A DNA stretch of 64,000 nt from Candidatus Calditenuis fumarioli (lineage in GTDB: Archaea > Thermoproteota > Nitrososphaeria_A > Caldarchaeales > Calditenuaceae): the NCBI GenBank assembly GCA_030059665.1, contig JANVYR010000001.1, positions 704,001 through 768,000 on the forward strand. The letters run 5' to 3'. The notes beneath the pieces are model-generated. The model ran no database searches. It saw only the letters and a program-made list of their open reading frames with translations, and was not told where the DNA came from. The position numbers and the translations under genes are program-made. Shown one piece after another: positions 38,098 through 48,711 of this stretch. Positions within the stretch are counted from its first letter, which is position 1. Each line of letters begins with the position of its first letter.

Positions 38098-38991
38098 TTG
38101 CCGGTCCTCGTCGACGCTTCGACCAGGGTCCTCGTCCAAGGGATCACGGGAAGGGAGGGTAGCTTCCACACCGAGGCGATGATCCGGTACGGGACCAAGG
38201 TCGTCGCAGGCGTCACACCTGGGAAGGGAGGCACCACTGTCCACGGGGTTCCGGTCTACGACTCGGTCGAGGAGGCCGTGAGGGCCCATCCGGAGGTCAA
38301 CGCCTCCATCGTCTTCGTCCCTGCGAAGTTCGCACCTGACGCGGTCTACGAGGCGATCGATGCGGGGATAAGGCTGATCGTGGTCATCACGGAGGGGATA
38401 CCGATCCACGAGGGGATCAGGATGATCAGGTACGCGCGGATGAGGAACGTGACGGTGATAGGCCCCAACACGCCGGGCGTCATCACACCGGGCGAGTGCA
38501 AGCTCGGCATCATGCCGGGTCACGTCTTCTCCCCTGGCAGGATCGGGTTGGTCTCGAGGAGCGGGACGCTGACCTACGAGGTGGCGATGCAGCTGACCTC
38601 CGCAGGTTTGGGGCAGAGCACCTGCGTCGGCATCGGCGGCGATCCTGTGGTCGGTATGGACTTCATCGAGGTGCTGGATCTCTTCAGGAGGGACCCCGGG
38701 ACGGAGGCGGTGGTGCTGATCGGAGAGATCGGTGGGGACGCGGAGGAGAGGGTGGCGCGTTTCGTCGTCGAGACCGAATACCCGAAGCCGGTGGTCGCCT
38801 ACGTCGCCGGGAGGACCGCACCTCCGGGGAAGAGGATGGGCCACGCGGGCGCGATCATCTCGATGGGCGTCGGCGACGCCGAGAGCAAGATCAGGGCCCT
38901 CTCATCCGCAGGGATCAGGGTGGCCGCTACTCCGTTCGAGATACCCTCGCTGGTCAGGGAGGCCCTCAGCTCGAGGGCGAAAGCAGCCTGA
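38098..38991 (+). CDS. sucD: Succinyl-CoA synthetase alpha subunit
   Basis: [50 protein letters not shown]. Confidence 0.95.
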   Translation: MPVLVDASTRVLVQGITGREGSFHTEAMIRYGTKVVAGVTPGKGGTTVHGVPVYDSVEEAVRAHPEVNASIVFVPAKFAPDAVYEAIDAGIRLIVVITEGIPIHEGIRMIRYARMRNVTVIGPNTPGVITPGECKLGIMPGHVFSPGRIGLVSRSGTLTYEVAMQLTSAGLGQSTCVGIGGDPVVGMDFIEVLDLFRRDPGTEAVVLIGEIGGDAEERVARFVVETEYPKPVVAYVAGRTAPPGKRMGHAGAIISMGVGDAESKIRALSSAGIRVAATPFEIPSLVREALSSRAKAA

Positions 38992-39177
38992 GCCTCAGCT
39001 CGCGGAACCTCTTCCTCAGTCCGATCGGCTCCCAGCATCCCGTCGTCCCACATGCACCTGCCCACCAGCTCCGTCGATAACGGCAGGCCCTCGGAGGACG
39101 GGTCATAGGGCATCCTCGTCGCCCTGACGTAGTCGACGGCCCTATCCTCAACCGAAAATAAGCCCATCGGTGGCAGA

Positions 39178-39966
39178 TCAGTCGGGGAGGAACCTCTTCC
39201 TGACCCTGGAGCTGACGAAATCGACCGCGAGGACGAAGGCGAGCAGCACGATCAGCGCAGTGCTGAGGGACCTGTAGTCTAGGACCTGGACGTACGCCAG
39301 AATGTAGAACCCTATGCCGCCTGCTCCCACCAGCCCCAGGATCGCGGAGGCCCTGACGTTGTACTCGAACATGAAGAGCGACTGGCTCAGGACGTAGTTG
39401 GCGGCCTCCGGCAGCACGACGTACCTCATCTCCGCGAGCTTGCCGACCCTCATCACCCTGATCGCCTCCAGCACCTCCCGGTCGACGGCGTCGAAGGCCT
39501 CGTACAGCAGCTTCGAGAGGTAGCCCGTCGAGTACATCGCTGTTCCAAGGACGCCCGCGAGCGGGCCGAATCCCACGGTGACCACGAAGATCAGCGCCCA
39601 GATGATCGATGGGACCGTTCTGATGACCGAGAGGACGAACCTCAGAGGCACGGTGACCGCATCGCCGAAGAGGGACCTCGTGCTGAGGAGCGCGAGGGGG
39701 ACCGAAAGGGCCACGGCGATCGAGGTGCCAGCGAAGGCGATCATCACCGTCTCGATCATGCTCATCACGAGTGTGGGCAGCGGCCTCGGGTCCGGCGGCA
39801 GCATCCCCGCCACGAACGCGGGCAGGTTTCCGAAGCGCGCAACCACAGCTGGGTCGAAGGCGCCGAACCTGATCAGGAGCGAAAGCGTGACCACCGCGAT
39901 GGCCAGCTGGACCGCCAGACCCACGGGAGGCCTTTGGCCCCTCACAGGGTGTGGCGTGGTGGTCAA
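39178..39966 (-). CDS. phnE: Phosphonate/phosphate-type ABC permease
   Basis: RTVPSIIWALIFV...GFGP.AG, KL.YEA, FE.NVR.SAILG.VGAGGIG. Confidence 0.9.
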   Translation of the reverse strand: MTTTPHPVRGQRPPVGLAVQLAIAVVTLSLLIRFGAFDPAVVARFGNLPAFVAGMLPPDPRPLPTLVMSMIETVMIAFAGTSIAVALSVPLALLSTRSLFGDAVTVPLRFVLSVIRTVPSIIWALIFVVTVGFGPLAGVLGTAMYSTGYLSKLLYEAFDAVDREVLEAIRVMRVGKLAEMRYVVLPEAANYVLSQSLFMFEYNVRASAILGLVGAGGIGFYILAYVQVLDYRSLSTALIVLLAFVLAVDFVSSRVRKRFLPD

Positions 39967-40670
39967 AGCGCCTCCACGAGCTCCTCCGGTGAGGTCATCG
40001 ATGCCAACCGTTCCATCACGATCTTCCCGTCTTTGAGAACCGCCACTTTGTCCCCGTACCTCGGCACCAGATGGACGTCGTGCGTCGTGATCGCGAAGCC
40101 GATGCCCCTCGCTTTCAGGGACCTGATGAGTTCTAGGACCTCGATCGTCGTCAGCGGATCCAGCTGCGAGACGAACTCGTCCGCAAGGACCAGCTCGGCA
40201 CCGTGCATCAGGCTCCTCGCTATAGCAACCCTCTGCCGCTGGCCGCCGCTGAGCTCCCTCACCAGCTCGTTCTCCATCCCTCCGAGCCCCAGCTGCTCAA
40301 GGATTTCCTCGGCCCTCTCGACCTCCTCCCTCGGGAACCGGCCGAGCAGCGTTCCCAGCCCGCGGTTCCTGTCGAGCGCTCCGAGCAGCACGTTCTCCAT
40401 CACCGTCATGTTCCCCACCACACCTATCCCCTGAGGGATGTAACCGATCTTCGGCCGTGAGAGGGGTTCGCCCGAGTCGTCCACGGCGATCACCCTTCCC
40501 CTGCTGGGCCTCAGCAGCCCTGCTGCCACCTTGAGGAGCGTGGTCTTGCCCGAACCGCTCCTTCCGAGGACCATCGTCACCTCGCCAGACCGGAAGACGA
40601 CGTCCACTCCCCGCAGCACCATGACGGGGTTCCGGTACCCGAACCAGACGCCCTCGAGTTTCAGCTGCAC
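39963..40670 (-). CDS. phnC: Phosphonate/phosphate-type ABC ATPase
   Basis: GRSGSGKTT, V.ENVL.G, LSGGQRQRVAIAR, LADE..SQLDP. Confidence 0.88.
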   Translation of the reverse strand: MQLKLEGVWFGYRNPVMVLRGVDVVFRSGEVTMVLGRSGSGKTTLLKVAAGLLRPSRGRVIAVDDSGEPLSRPKIGYIPQGIGVVGNMTVMENVLLGALDRNRGLGTLLGRFPREEVERAEEILEQLGLGGMENELVRELSGGQRQRVAIARSLMHGAELVLADEFVSQLDPLTTIEVLELIRSLKARGIGFAITTHDVHLVPRYGDKVAVLKDGKIVMERLASMTSPEELVEAL

Positions 40671-40675
40671 TTCCT

Positions 40676-41617
40676 TCAGCCCTTGAACTCCAGTCCCGTC
40701 AGCTCGATGTACCTGTCAAGCGCCGAGAGGTGCTCCTCCGAGGTCCTCCTCTCCCACCTCACGAAGATCGCTGAGACGAGGTTCCTCATCAGCTCCGCGC
40801 CGTCAGGGGTGTTGAGGTCAAGGAAGGCCTCGATCAAGGCCTCCCTCAGCTTCGGGTCGAGGTTTTTCGAGACGACCAGCGCGTGGGACGGCAGCGGCCC
40901 CTGCTTCTCGATCACCCGCGTCGAGCTCATCGCCCTCTCGTAGAGCTCCTTCGAGACGTCACCGGCCATCACCGTCACCTCCACCCTGCCTGCCATCAGC
41001 GCCTCGTAGCACTGGGCGTATCCGCCGGCGAAGTAGACCTCCGAGAAGAAGTCCTTGGGGTCGACCGCGCCGCCGTCCTTCCTGCTCAGGAGACCGAGCT
41101 CGACCATCCTCGCCATCGGCGCCAGGTACCCGGACGAAGAGATGGGGCTCGGGAAGCAGGCGCTCTTCCCCCTCAGGTCCTCGAGTTTGGTATACGGAGA
41201 GTCTGGTCTCACTATCCAGTAGGAGTAGTAGAAGGTGCCCTCGACGTACCTGTCGTCGACGTAGACCCTCCTGACCTCCGCGAGCACCACCTGCGCTCCG
41301 GCCGTTTTGACCGCGATCGCCGCCGGCCACGAGCCCATCAGCGCCGCCTGCGCGGTTCCGAAACGGAGGGCCTCCACCACCGCAGCGTAGCTCGTCGGCA
41401 CGTAGACCTCCACCTCCACCCCGAGCCTTGAGGAGAGGTAACCCTTGAGCCGCTCGGCCCTCTCGAGGATCTGGGCTGGGTTCTGCGTCGGCTGCACTGC
41501 CAGCACCAGCTTCTCTTTCCTCGCCGGTTGCGCCGTGAAGGGGAGGACAGCGACCAGCAGGACAGCTGCGACCACCGCGACTGCCGCAACGAGCAGCCAC
41601 CGGGTGCGCGGCGACAT
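40676..41617 (-). CDS. phnD: PhnD/PtxB-family substrate-binding protein
   Basis: N-terminal anchor, SYAAVVEALRFG, YYSYWIV, DLRGK, P.SSSGYL.P, P.HA. Confidence 0.88.
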   Translation of the reverse strand: MSPRTRWLLVAAVAVVAAVLLVAVLPFTAQPARKEKLVLAVQPTQNPAQILERAERLKGYLSSRLGVEVEVYVPTSYAAVVEALRFGTAQAALMGSWPAAIAVKTAGAQVVLAEVRRVYVDDRYVEGTFYYSYWIVRPDSPYTKLEDLRGKSACFPSPISSSGYLAPMARMVELGLLSRKDGGAVDPKDFFSEVYFAGGYAQCYEALMAGRVEVTVMAGDVSKELYERAMSSTRVIEKQGPLPSHALVVSKNLDPKLREALIEAFLDLNTPDGAELMRNLVSAIFVRWERRTSEEHLSALDRYIELTGLEFKG

Positions 41618-41798
41618 CTCGCTCGTCTGTCATAACGGCGTTATTATCAACTTGACGTCGTTGAAACTTTCCTTTTACCCTGTAAAAATCGGAGTGAGGC
41701 TACATGGGGTTCCGGCGCATCGCCGACGCGTGTAGTGACCGGGGACCGGGTGGCAATGGTGATAAGGTGGGTCGGTCGATTCGGTGCTGATCGCCGGC

Positions 41799-41831
41799 GC
41801 CCCGGTAGCTCAGCCTGGTCAGAGCACCGGC
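41799..41831 (+). pseudogene. 5' half of a tRNA-Thr-like gene (acceptor 5' strand, D arm, 5' anticodon stem); no 3' half nearby
   Basis: GCCCCGG-TA-GCTC-AGCCTGGTCA-GAGC-A-CCGGC. It shares GCCCCGGTAGCTCAG and CACCGGC with the tRNA at 53916; no T-arm or 3' acceptor strand was found downstream. Confidence 0.8.
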
Positions 41832-42050
41832 AGAGTCTCAATGATGCGTATGGACTCGAGGGGATTCAGGATCGCCTTTTCCGTTTCGTGAGACTTTACT
41901 TAGCATAACTGCGTGAACCGTGACTCATGTAGTTCGTTCCTCTCCAGAGGCCTATATTTATGAGGCCGGTTCCGCCCTCAATTCCAGCTCATTAATGTTG
42001 CTTTTTATGACTTGAGGGGCGTTCAAGAACATATTTAAGGTAAACTCCTC

Positions 42051-42420
42051 ACCCCCTCTCCCGAGGCCACGCCTCTATCTCCTCCTCTGTTGGTAACAAT
42101 TCTGGTGGGATCTTGATGCCTGATGCACTCTCATACTTGCTGAGGTCGGCCAAAAAATGGATAACCACCTGCTACGCTGATCGGCTCCTTGTGAACCTTG
42201 CGGAAACCCCACTCCTCAAGGGCCCTTACTTCCCTCTCCCTCCCTTCCTCGGCCTTGGGATTCAAGAACGTATCAAGGATGAACTGCTTATGATATGCCA
42301 TACCCCTTATACCCCTCTACTTCATCAACTGCTCAAGGATGGGTATCGCCTGCATCTCTCCTGTCTGAACCAAAACCTCCTTCAGGAGCTTGATGTGCTC
42401 GGAATCAATCGATCGTGATG
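42051..42420 (-). pseudogene. Decayed protein-coding relics
   Basis: Minus-strand protein-like fragments SIDSEHIKLLKEVL...EQLMK*, MAYHKQFILDTFLNPK...GFRKVHKEPIS and VVIHFLADLSKYESASGIKIPPELLP..., broken by stops and a frameshift. Confidence 0.4.
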
Positions 42421-42913
42421 TTAGCTGTCGTCAGGACTCGGTTCCTGAAGGAACGGTCGAGGTGTTTGCCAGGTTGGTGGGGAAGGAAGGCAAAACCTCC
42501 TCGTGGTGGAGGACTAGGCTGGGGACGAGTACAGACTGGCGAACCGCCTAGTGTATGGAGACGTTAGTGTCTTCTCCCTTAACCCAAGTCGTCTTCAAGA
42601 CGCCTCTCCAGATCAACTTACGGCTACGCATCTACCTAGAGGTTCCAGATAGGTGGGACACGTGGCCTCGGCGCTGGTGAGGCCGCAAGGAAACTCCATT
42701 TACAGATGACTTTGTAGTCTACTCCTACATTATAAAGGAACATGGAAGCTGATAAAAGGTCATCGACCTTAAAACCTCATCAGACATTTTGAATTACTTC
42801 TTAGATTGTATGCGGGAACTAACCATATGATGAACTAGTCGTTTTGAGACTGATTTTAACTGGTTTTAACTGGGTTTGATGTCAGAGTTTGAGGTCGACT
42901 CTCACTTATCGTA

Positions 42914-43882
42914 TTATTCCGCGTCTGACATCATAGATTCTTTAAATTTATTCATACATTCTTCGCAACAGAAATAATATGTCATTCCTCCATGAAGCAG
43001 CACATAAGGGGTGTCTTTGGTCACGAACATCCCACAAACGGGATCACGATAATTTTCTACATTTGTATCGTAATGCCACTTTTTATGTGTTAGCTCATTG
43101 TATCGGGTTTCACCAGGAATATTCCTTATAAGTGATATGACCTCTGCTACTATGCTAACTGCAATTTCCTCCAAATTTGATGCATTTATATCTAGTCCAG
43201 CGGGACATTTGACGATGTTGAGGGTCTCAGGACTGTACCCCTCCCTCTCCAAATATTGTCTTAGAGCTTCCCATCTCCTTCTGCTAGCCACCAATAATAT
43301 ATTTCTAAACCCGTTCTTCAGGGCGAACCGTATCGCGTCCTCGTCATAGCGATTCATAGTTGCGACAATAATGATATCGCCAAGCCTCTTATATTCGCCC
43401 TGTATCTTATTCATTACTTGGTCATATGTTATTTTTGAAACTTTATATCCAATAAAATTGAAAAGCTGCTCTAGTTTGCTGGTCAGCTCGTTCTCACCCG
43501 CTATCGTCACCACTGCAGGCTTAATCGGTTCTAAGAGGAAGATCGCTCCGCCCGAACTAATACAGTAATTGACATGAACTGATGTATCAAGCTGAGGCTT
43601 CTCGGTGCCCGCTATAATAGACCTTGAGCGTTGATTGGGGCCAAAAAACACCAGCCTGCTACGCCCCGATTCTAAGCATTTTACGGCCTCGCTAGCTAGC
43701 CATTCGACGATGCAAGGCCCTCCCAGCCAGCCCTCAATCTCCCCGGTGGGGTGCACTATGGCCTTTGTGCCGGGCTCTACGCTTATGAAGGGCGAGGTTT
43801 CGAGCACGGTCACGAGCACGAAACTCCGTCCTTCCTTGATGAGTTCGGTCGCCCTCTGTAAGATTTGCTCCATCAAAGTCAT
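42914..43882 (-). CDS. XdhC/CoxF-family molybdoenzyme maturation factor with C-terminal YHS domain
   Basis: G...GWLGGPC, C.SGG...LLEP, VATM...DE.A, ASRRR, CPAGLDI.A...EEIA.SI.AE; C-terminal DPVCGM...YYFCCEECM..F; ATG at 43882. Confidence 0.88.
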   Translation of the reverse strand: MTLMEQILQRATELIKEGRSFVLVTVLETSPFISVEPGTKAIVHPTGEIEGWLGGPCIVEWLASEAVKCLESGRSRLVFFGPNQRSRSIIAGTEKPQLDTSVHVNYCISSGGAIFLLEPIKPAVVTIAGENELTSKLEQLFNFIGYKVSKITYDQVMNKIQGEYKRLGDIIIVATMNRYDEDAIRFALKNGFRNILLVASRRRWEALRQYLEREGYSPETLNIVKCPAGLDINASNLEEIAVSIVAEVISLIRNIPGETRYNELTHKKWHYDTNVENYRDPVCGMFVTKDTPYVLLHGGMTYYFCCEECMNKFKESMMSDAE

Positions 43883-46221
43883 AGCTCTGAAACCACGCCC
43901 TTTTCCTTCAAGATGCTGTAGACGCGCCACGGATATAGAGGCATCCCTATCTTGGTCACGCCTAAGTGGCTCAACGCGTCTACTACTGCGTTCTCAAAGG
44001 CTGCTGGTGATCCGACAGTTGGTGATTCGGCCACACCCTTTGCTCCCAACGGATGGTGGGGCGATGGTGTCACAGTGCGGTACGTCTCCCACCGAGGCGT
44101 CTCCACTGCCGTAGGTATAAGGTAGTCCATGAAGGTGTTGCCATAGATGTTTCCCTGCTCATCGTACCTTATCTCTTCTAGGAAGGCAGTCCCGAAGCCC
44201 ATGGTCAGAGCACCATGAATTTGTCCCTCCACGATCATGGGATTGATGACGTTGCCGCAGTCGTCCACAGCCACGAACCGTCTGACTTTCACCTCTCCTG
44301 TACCTCTGTCTATATCTACGACGCAGATATAAGCGCCAAATGGGAACGTCATATTTGGAGGATCATAATAGGTTACCGCTTCCAGACCCGGCTCTAGACC
44401 AGGCGGAGGATTGGTGTAGGCCGCGAAAGCCACGTCCTGTATCGTCACGGATTTCTCGGGAGCCTCCTTCACGTAGAAGCGGCCCTTCTCGAAGACTATG
44501 TCCTCCTCCCTTACCTCGAGGAGGTGGGCCGCTATCTTTTTGGCCTTAGCAATAATTTTATCAGCAGTCACCGCCGCTGCAGCCCCAGCAGTTGGTGTGC
44601 TCCTGCTAGCGTAAGTTCCTAGACCGTAGGGTGCTGTGTCGGTATCACCCTCCTCTACTGTAATGTCCTCCTCGGGTATACCTAATTTCTCTGCTAGAAT
44701 CTGCGCGAACGTCGTCTCGTGACCCTGACCCTGTGACTTGGTCCCGAACCGAGCTATGACCTTGCCAGTCGGGTGAATCCTCACCTCGCAGCTTTCGAAC
44801 ATTTTTATACCGAGAATGTCGAAGATCTTCGAGGGGCCAGCCCCTACAATCTCGACGAATGTGCTTATGCCTATTCCCATCAATTCTCCCCGCTTTCTCT
44901 TCTCCTCTTGCTCTTTTCTAAGCTGCTCATAGTCAATTTTCTCCATTGCAAGCCGCAGAGCTCTCTCGTAGTCTCCGCTGTCATATTCCCATCCGAATAC
45001 ACTGGTATATGGGAATTCCTCCTTCTTGATGAAATTCTTCAGCCTCAGCTCCGCTGGATCCATACCCAATTTGTGGGCCAAAATGTCAATCATCCGCTCG
45101 ATGACGTAGGCTGCTTCCGTTACCCTGAACGAGCACCTATACGCTATGCCACCTGGTGGTTTGTTCGTATGGACACCTGTGACCTCTACATAACCAGCCT
45201 TCCACTTGTAACAACCCGAGACTATGGTGAACAGCCCGAACGGGAACTTGGATGGTGTGGCGTCGCCAAAGAATGCTCCGTGATCGCTTAGCACGCTCAT
45301 CCTTAATGCTAGAAGGGTTCCGTCCTTTTTCGCAGCGACCTCAGCAGTGATGTAAGCGTCCCTTGCAAAGGCAGTGCTGCTTAGGTTCTCGGTTCGCGTC
45401 TCGATCCACTTCACAGGCCTCTCAGTCATGATGGAGGCAAAGGCTGCAACAACGTAACCAGGGTATACGTAGACTTTGCCGCCGAACCCTCCTCCAATGT
45501 CTGGAGCTATTATTCTAATTTTATGTTCAGGGATCTTCGTGAACAGTGAGGCAACTGTCCTGACAGCATGAGGTGCCTGGGTTGTCATCCAAAGCGTGAG
45601 TTTCCCTGTAGGCGGATCGTAATGAGCCACGCAACCACATGTTTCCATATGAGCGACGTGTATCCTATGATAGTAGAAGTTCTCTTTCACAATCACGTCT
45701 GCTTCTTGGAAATACCTATCTGTGAGGTCCTTATCTCCAGCAGACCACGTAAATATCTTGTTAGTTCCCTTGTCCGGCCTGACGAGTGGAGCATCTGGCT
45801 CCAAGGCCCTTTGCGGTGTCATAACAGGTTCTAGAGGCTCGTATTCAACCTCGACTAGTTCGGCAGCATCCTCTGCTATATAGCGGTCTTCGGCGACTAC
45901 CGCAGCAACCTCTTGATATGGATAATACACTTTGTCTAATGCTAGAACCGGTTGGCGATCATTCATTAAGGTAGGCATCATGCTTAGTCCTGCGGCCTGC
46001 AAGTCCTTTCCAGTTATTACCGCAACAACTCCGGGTACCTTTAATGCCCTCTCGACGTCAATCCTTTTGATCTTAGCATGTGCGTATGGACTCCTGATCA
46101 GCTTGACGTGGAGCATGTTGGGGAGCTTGATGTCGTCCACATATGTCCCCTTACCTCTGATGAAACGCGCGTCCTCCTTCCTCTTTAATGGGTGGCCCAT
46201 CCCATGGATTGTGGCTGTCAT
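43879..46221 (-). CDS. coxL: Aerobic Mo-Cu carbon monoxide dehydrogenase large subunit, form I
   Basis: Active-site motif AYRCSFR; RKED.RF..GKG.YVDD, GGGFGGK, QGQGHET, YG.GTY.SRS, GAKGVAE; ATG at 46221. Confidence 0.93.
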   Translation of the reverse strand: MTATIHGMGHPLKRKEDARFIRGKGTYVDDIKLPNMLHVKLIRSPYAHAKIKRIDVERALKVPGVVAVITGKDLQAAGLSMMPTLMNDRQPVLALDKVYYPYQEVAAVVAEDRYIAEDAAELVEVEYEPLEPVMTPQRALEPDAPLVRPDKGTNKIFTWSAGDKDLTDRYFQEADVIVKENFYYHRIHVAHMETCGCVAHYDPPTGKLTLWMTTQAPHAVRTVASLFTKIPEHKIRIIAPDIGGGFGGKVYVYPGYVVAAFASIMTERPVKWIETRTENLSSTAFARDAYITAEVAAKKDGTLLALRMSVLSDHGAFFGDATPSKFPFGLFTIVSGCYKWKAGYVEVTGVHTNKPPGGIAYRCSFRVTEAAYVIERMIDILAHKLGMDPAELRLKNFIKKEEFPYTSVFGWEYDSGDYERALRLAMEKIDYEQLRKEQEEKRKRGELMGIGISTFVEIVGAGPSKIFDILGIKMFESCEVRIHPTGKVIARFGTKSQGQGHETTFAQILAEKLGIPEEDITVEEGDTDTAPYGLGTYASRSTPTAGAAAAVTADKIIAKAKKIAAHLLEVREEDIVFEKGRFYVKEAPEKSVTIQDVAFAAYTNPPPGLEPGLEAVTYYDPPNMTFPFGAYICVVDIDRGTGEVKVRRFVAVDDCGNVINPMIVEGQIHGALTMGFGTAFLEEIRYDEQGNIYGNTFMDYLIPTAVETPRWETYRTVTPSPHHPLGAKGVAESPTVGSPAAFENAVVDALSHLGVTKIGMPLYPWRVYSILKEKGVVSEL

Positions 46222-46745
46222 CTCCTCACCACCAATTCGAGGGAACGAACTCCCATCCGATTGAGCTTTTCGGCGGCGTACTGTATAGCTTCGACGATCT
46301 TGACGTAGCCTGTGCACCTGCAGAGATTCCCTGCGATCATCTGCCTTATCTCGTCTTCGGTAGGCATTGGATTTTGATGTAGTAGCCAAGCAGATTGCAT
46401 CAACAGTCCAGGCGTACAGTACCCACACTGAAGACCGTGTTTCTCCCAAAAGCCTTCTTGAACCGGATGTAGCCTACCATCCCTTTCAAGCCCTTCGACT
46501 GTGTATATCTCTGATCCATCGAGCTGCACCGCGAAGAGGGTACAACTCTTGACGGTTACGAAATCCTCGGACCACGGGAATCTCACTAGGATCGTGCATG
46601 CGCCACAGTTAGATGTGTCGCAGCCTATGTGCGTGCCTGTCAAGTTCAGCAGCTCCCTGATCATGTGTACCGCCAATAGCCGCGACTCGACGTCTAGTTC
46701 CTTCTTTACTCCGTTTACAACCACACTTATCTTATGTCTTCCCAT
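46218..46745 (-). CDS. coxS: CO dehydrogenase small [2Fe-2S] subunit
   Basis: [28 protein letters not shown]. Confidence 0.95.
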   Translation of the reverse strand: MGRHKISVVVNGVKKELDVESRLLAVHMIRELLNLTGTHIGCDTSNCGACTILVRFPWSEDFVTVKSCTLFAVQLDGSEIYTVEGLERDGRLHPVQEGFWEKHGLQCGYCTPGLLMQSAWLLHQNPMPTEDEIRQMIAGNLCRCTGYVKIVEAIQYAAEKLNRMGVRSLELVVRR

Positions 46746-46752
46746 CTTTACA

Positions 46753-47622
46753 TCACCTAACCAATCTCTCGTAGACCGTTTTGATGCCTCTGAGGAGGAG
46801 CACTCTCATTACGTCTCTCTTGTACCAGTCCGGGCCCCTTAAGTCGGAGACGGGATTGACCTTCATTTTGTCAAACGCATTCTTAGCCGAGGTCAGCAAG
46901 TTCTCTAAGCCCCTTTTATCGATTATCGATTCCTCTATTTCCTCCGCAGGCAGAGGTGTAGGTCCCGCGTTTGTGAAAGCCACTCCTGCACGCGTGACCC
47001 TATTATCATCATCAACGGTCAGTTGGACCGCCACCGCCGCTATCGCGTAATCGCCCGTGCGCCTCTCAAACTTCAGGTATGTCCCTCCCGAGTATCCGTC
47101 CCAATGTGGGACGTTCACCTCCACGAGCACCTCGTCTGGTCGCAATTCTGTTGTAAAGGGTCCCTTGTAGAAGTCCTTTGCCGGAATCTCCCGTGTGCCC
47201 CTCTTGCTCTTCACAACATATTTTGATTTCAGACTGATGAAAACTGCCGGTAAATCATTGCCTGGATCGCCGTGGGCTGCGTTACCTCCGACGGTGCCCA
47301 TGTTTCTCACTTGAGGGTCTGCGACCTGTCTAGAGGCCGCGCGCAGAATGTCATATTGGGATGGGAACTTAGTTCGTTCCAATTGCGCAATTCTTACCAA
47401 TGCACCGATCTTTAATGAACCGTCTTCCATGTTCATGTAATTTAGGCCTTTGACCCGATTGATGTCAACGACCAGTGCAGGCCGGGCAATCCTCAGCTTC
47501 ATTAAGGGTATCAAGCTCTGTCCCCCGGCCAGTATCTTGGCCTCTTCGCCCCTCTCATCTAGTAACTTTAGGACGTCATCTAAAGAGTTTGCAGGAATGT
47601 ATTCGAATTGTGGTGGGTACAT
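46753..47622 (-). CDS. coxM: CO dehydrogenase medium FAD subunit
   Basis: [38 protein letters not shown]...YK. Confidence 0.93.
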   Translation of the reverse strand: MYPPQFEYIPANSLDDVLKLLDERGEEAKILAGGQSLIPLMKLRIARPALVVDINRVKGLNYMNMEDGSLKIGALVRIAQLERTKFPSQYDILRAASRQVADPQVRNMGTVGGNAAHGDPGNDLPAVFISLKSKYVVKSKRGTREIPAKDFYKGPFTTELRPDEVLVEVNVPHWDGYSGGTYLKFERRTGDYAIAAVAVQLTVDDDNRVTRAGVAFTNAGPTPLPAEEIEESIIDKRGLENLLTSAKNAFDKMKVNPVSDLRGPDWYKRDVMRVLLLRGIKTVYERLVR

Positions 47623-47699
47623 TTCGACACCTTACCCCAATACCTTCTATTAAACCTATCCTTACACATGCCGCGCGATTTGATTACAGTTGGCTGATC

Positions 47700-48010
47700 A
47701 CCTATGAGGGCTTGAAACTCGTCCTCGACGTGCACATGGACCGCAAGTTCCTCGACCATCCCATTGGACTCCAGCTCCCACTAGTCCTCGGCCGTGGGGA
47801 ACCCGACGAGGGCGAAGACTAGCTCCGTCCTGCCGTCCTCCGGAATGATGTGGACGCCAGCGCACGTGGTGACGAGCCCTGATTGAGGAGAGCGTGGGGT
47901 TGGACCACGCTGGTAGGCCGTGGTCGCCGCCGATGACCAGCAGGTCGCACTCGCGGTCCACGAGTTCCGCGATGGTCGTCCGGTTCTTCGCCACGCGTTA
48001 CCATCATCTA
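47700..48010 (-). pseudogene. Fragmented ORF relic upstream of the cox operon
   Basis: Protein-like pieces in shifting frames (RTTIAELVDRECDLLVIGGDHG; VHIIPEDGRTELVFALVGFP*); family not identified. Confidence 0.3.
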
Positions 48011-48339
48011 CCTCCGTGGAACGATCGTTAATCAGGGGAATCATTAGCGTGATCTTCGTGTCCGCCGAGGCGGCGAAGCTCCTAGGCCTAATCGAGTTTT
48101 CGGCGCGAAGTCGCAGGCAATGGAGGCAACCTAGACTCTCCAGCGGTGCGGATCTAGCCGAGCATGATCCGCGTCGCCCTTGAACTAACTAGCCATGAGT
48201 TCTACGAGCCGGGTTGCCACCTCCTCGGAAAGTCCGAATGACAGCCAGAGGTCACAGAAGAGAAAAGTGCTGTGCCAGAAACCAAGAGAAGGCGTTCCAG
48301 ACTGGCTTCCGTTATTTCCAAGATGTCTGAGGTTGTCGT

Positions 48340-48699
48340 TCACCTCCTGAGAGTCTTACCGTGAACGATCTTGGCCATCAAAGTAATGACTCCCGCGACG
48401 AGGGCCATCACGAAATCTGTTGTGAACAGGACCTCAGAAGGCGCTCTGATGAGTACCTCATTGTTGCCGACCCTAAGGACGTAATTTAGCGCGAACGCTC
48501 CGGCTGTCGGGACGCTCAGCCCCATAGGCCTGACGACCTGAGTCCCTGCAATTATTCCCACGAGGAAGACCAGCGGTACCGTGAGCCCCCTCAGGCTCAT
48601 CAACGACCCGGACCACTTCTTCCCGGCAAAAATCGACCCGATTAGGGTCGTCGAGGCCGCGAGCAGCAGGAAAAGGAAGAGAAGGGCCCGCGGCTTCAT
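48340..48699 (-). CDS. Small membrane protein (about 3 TM, 119 aa)
   Basis: MKPRALLFLFLLLAASTTLIG..., LTVPLVFLVGIIAG, FVMALVAGVITLMA; ATG at 48699. Confidence 0.65.
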   Translation of the reverse strand: MKPRALLFLFLLLAASTTLIGSIFAGKKWSGSLMSLRGLTVPLVFLVGIIAGTQVVRPMGLSVPTAGAFALNYVLRVGNNEVLIRAPSEVLFTTDFVMALVAGVITLMAKIVHGKTLRR

Positions 48700-48711
48700 G
48701 GAAGCCCACCT

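Noticed and set aside
38799-39167. Minus-strand ORF starting just after phnE
   Set aside because: It overlaps the sucD 3' end antisense by about 190 nt and has no recognisable family; it may be a relic but is not supportable.
41832-41900. Hairpin as a cis intron of the first tRNA
   Set aside because: No register gives a BHB central helix, and no anticodon loop, T arm or 3' acceptor strand follows.
42113-42418. Plus-strand 101-aa ORF
   Set aside because: It looks like the antisense shadow of more protein-like minus-strand fragments.
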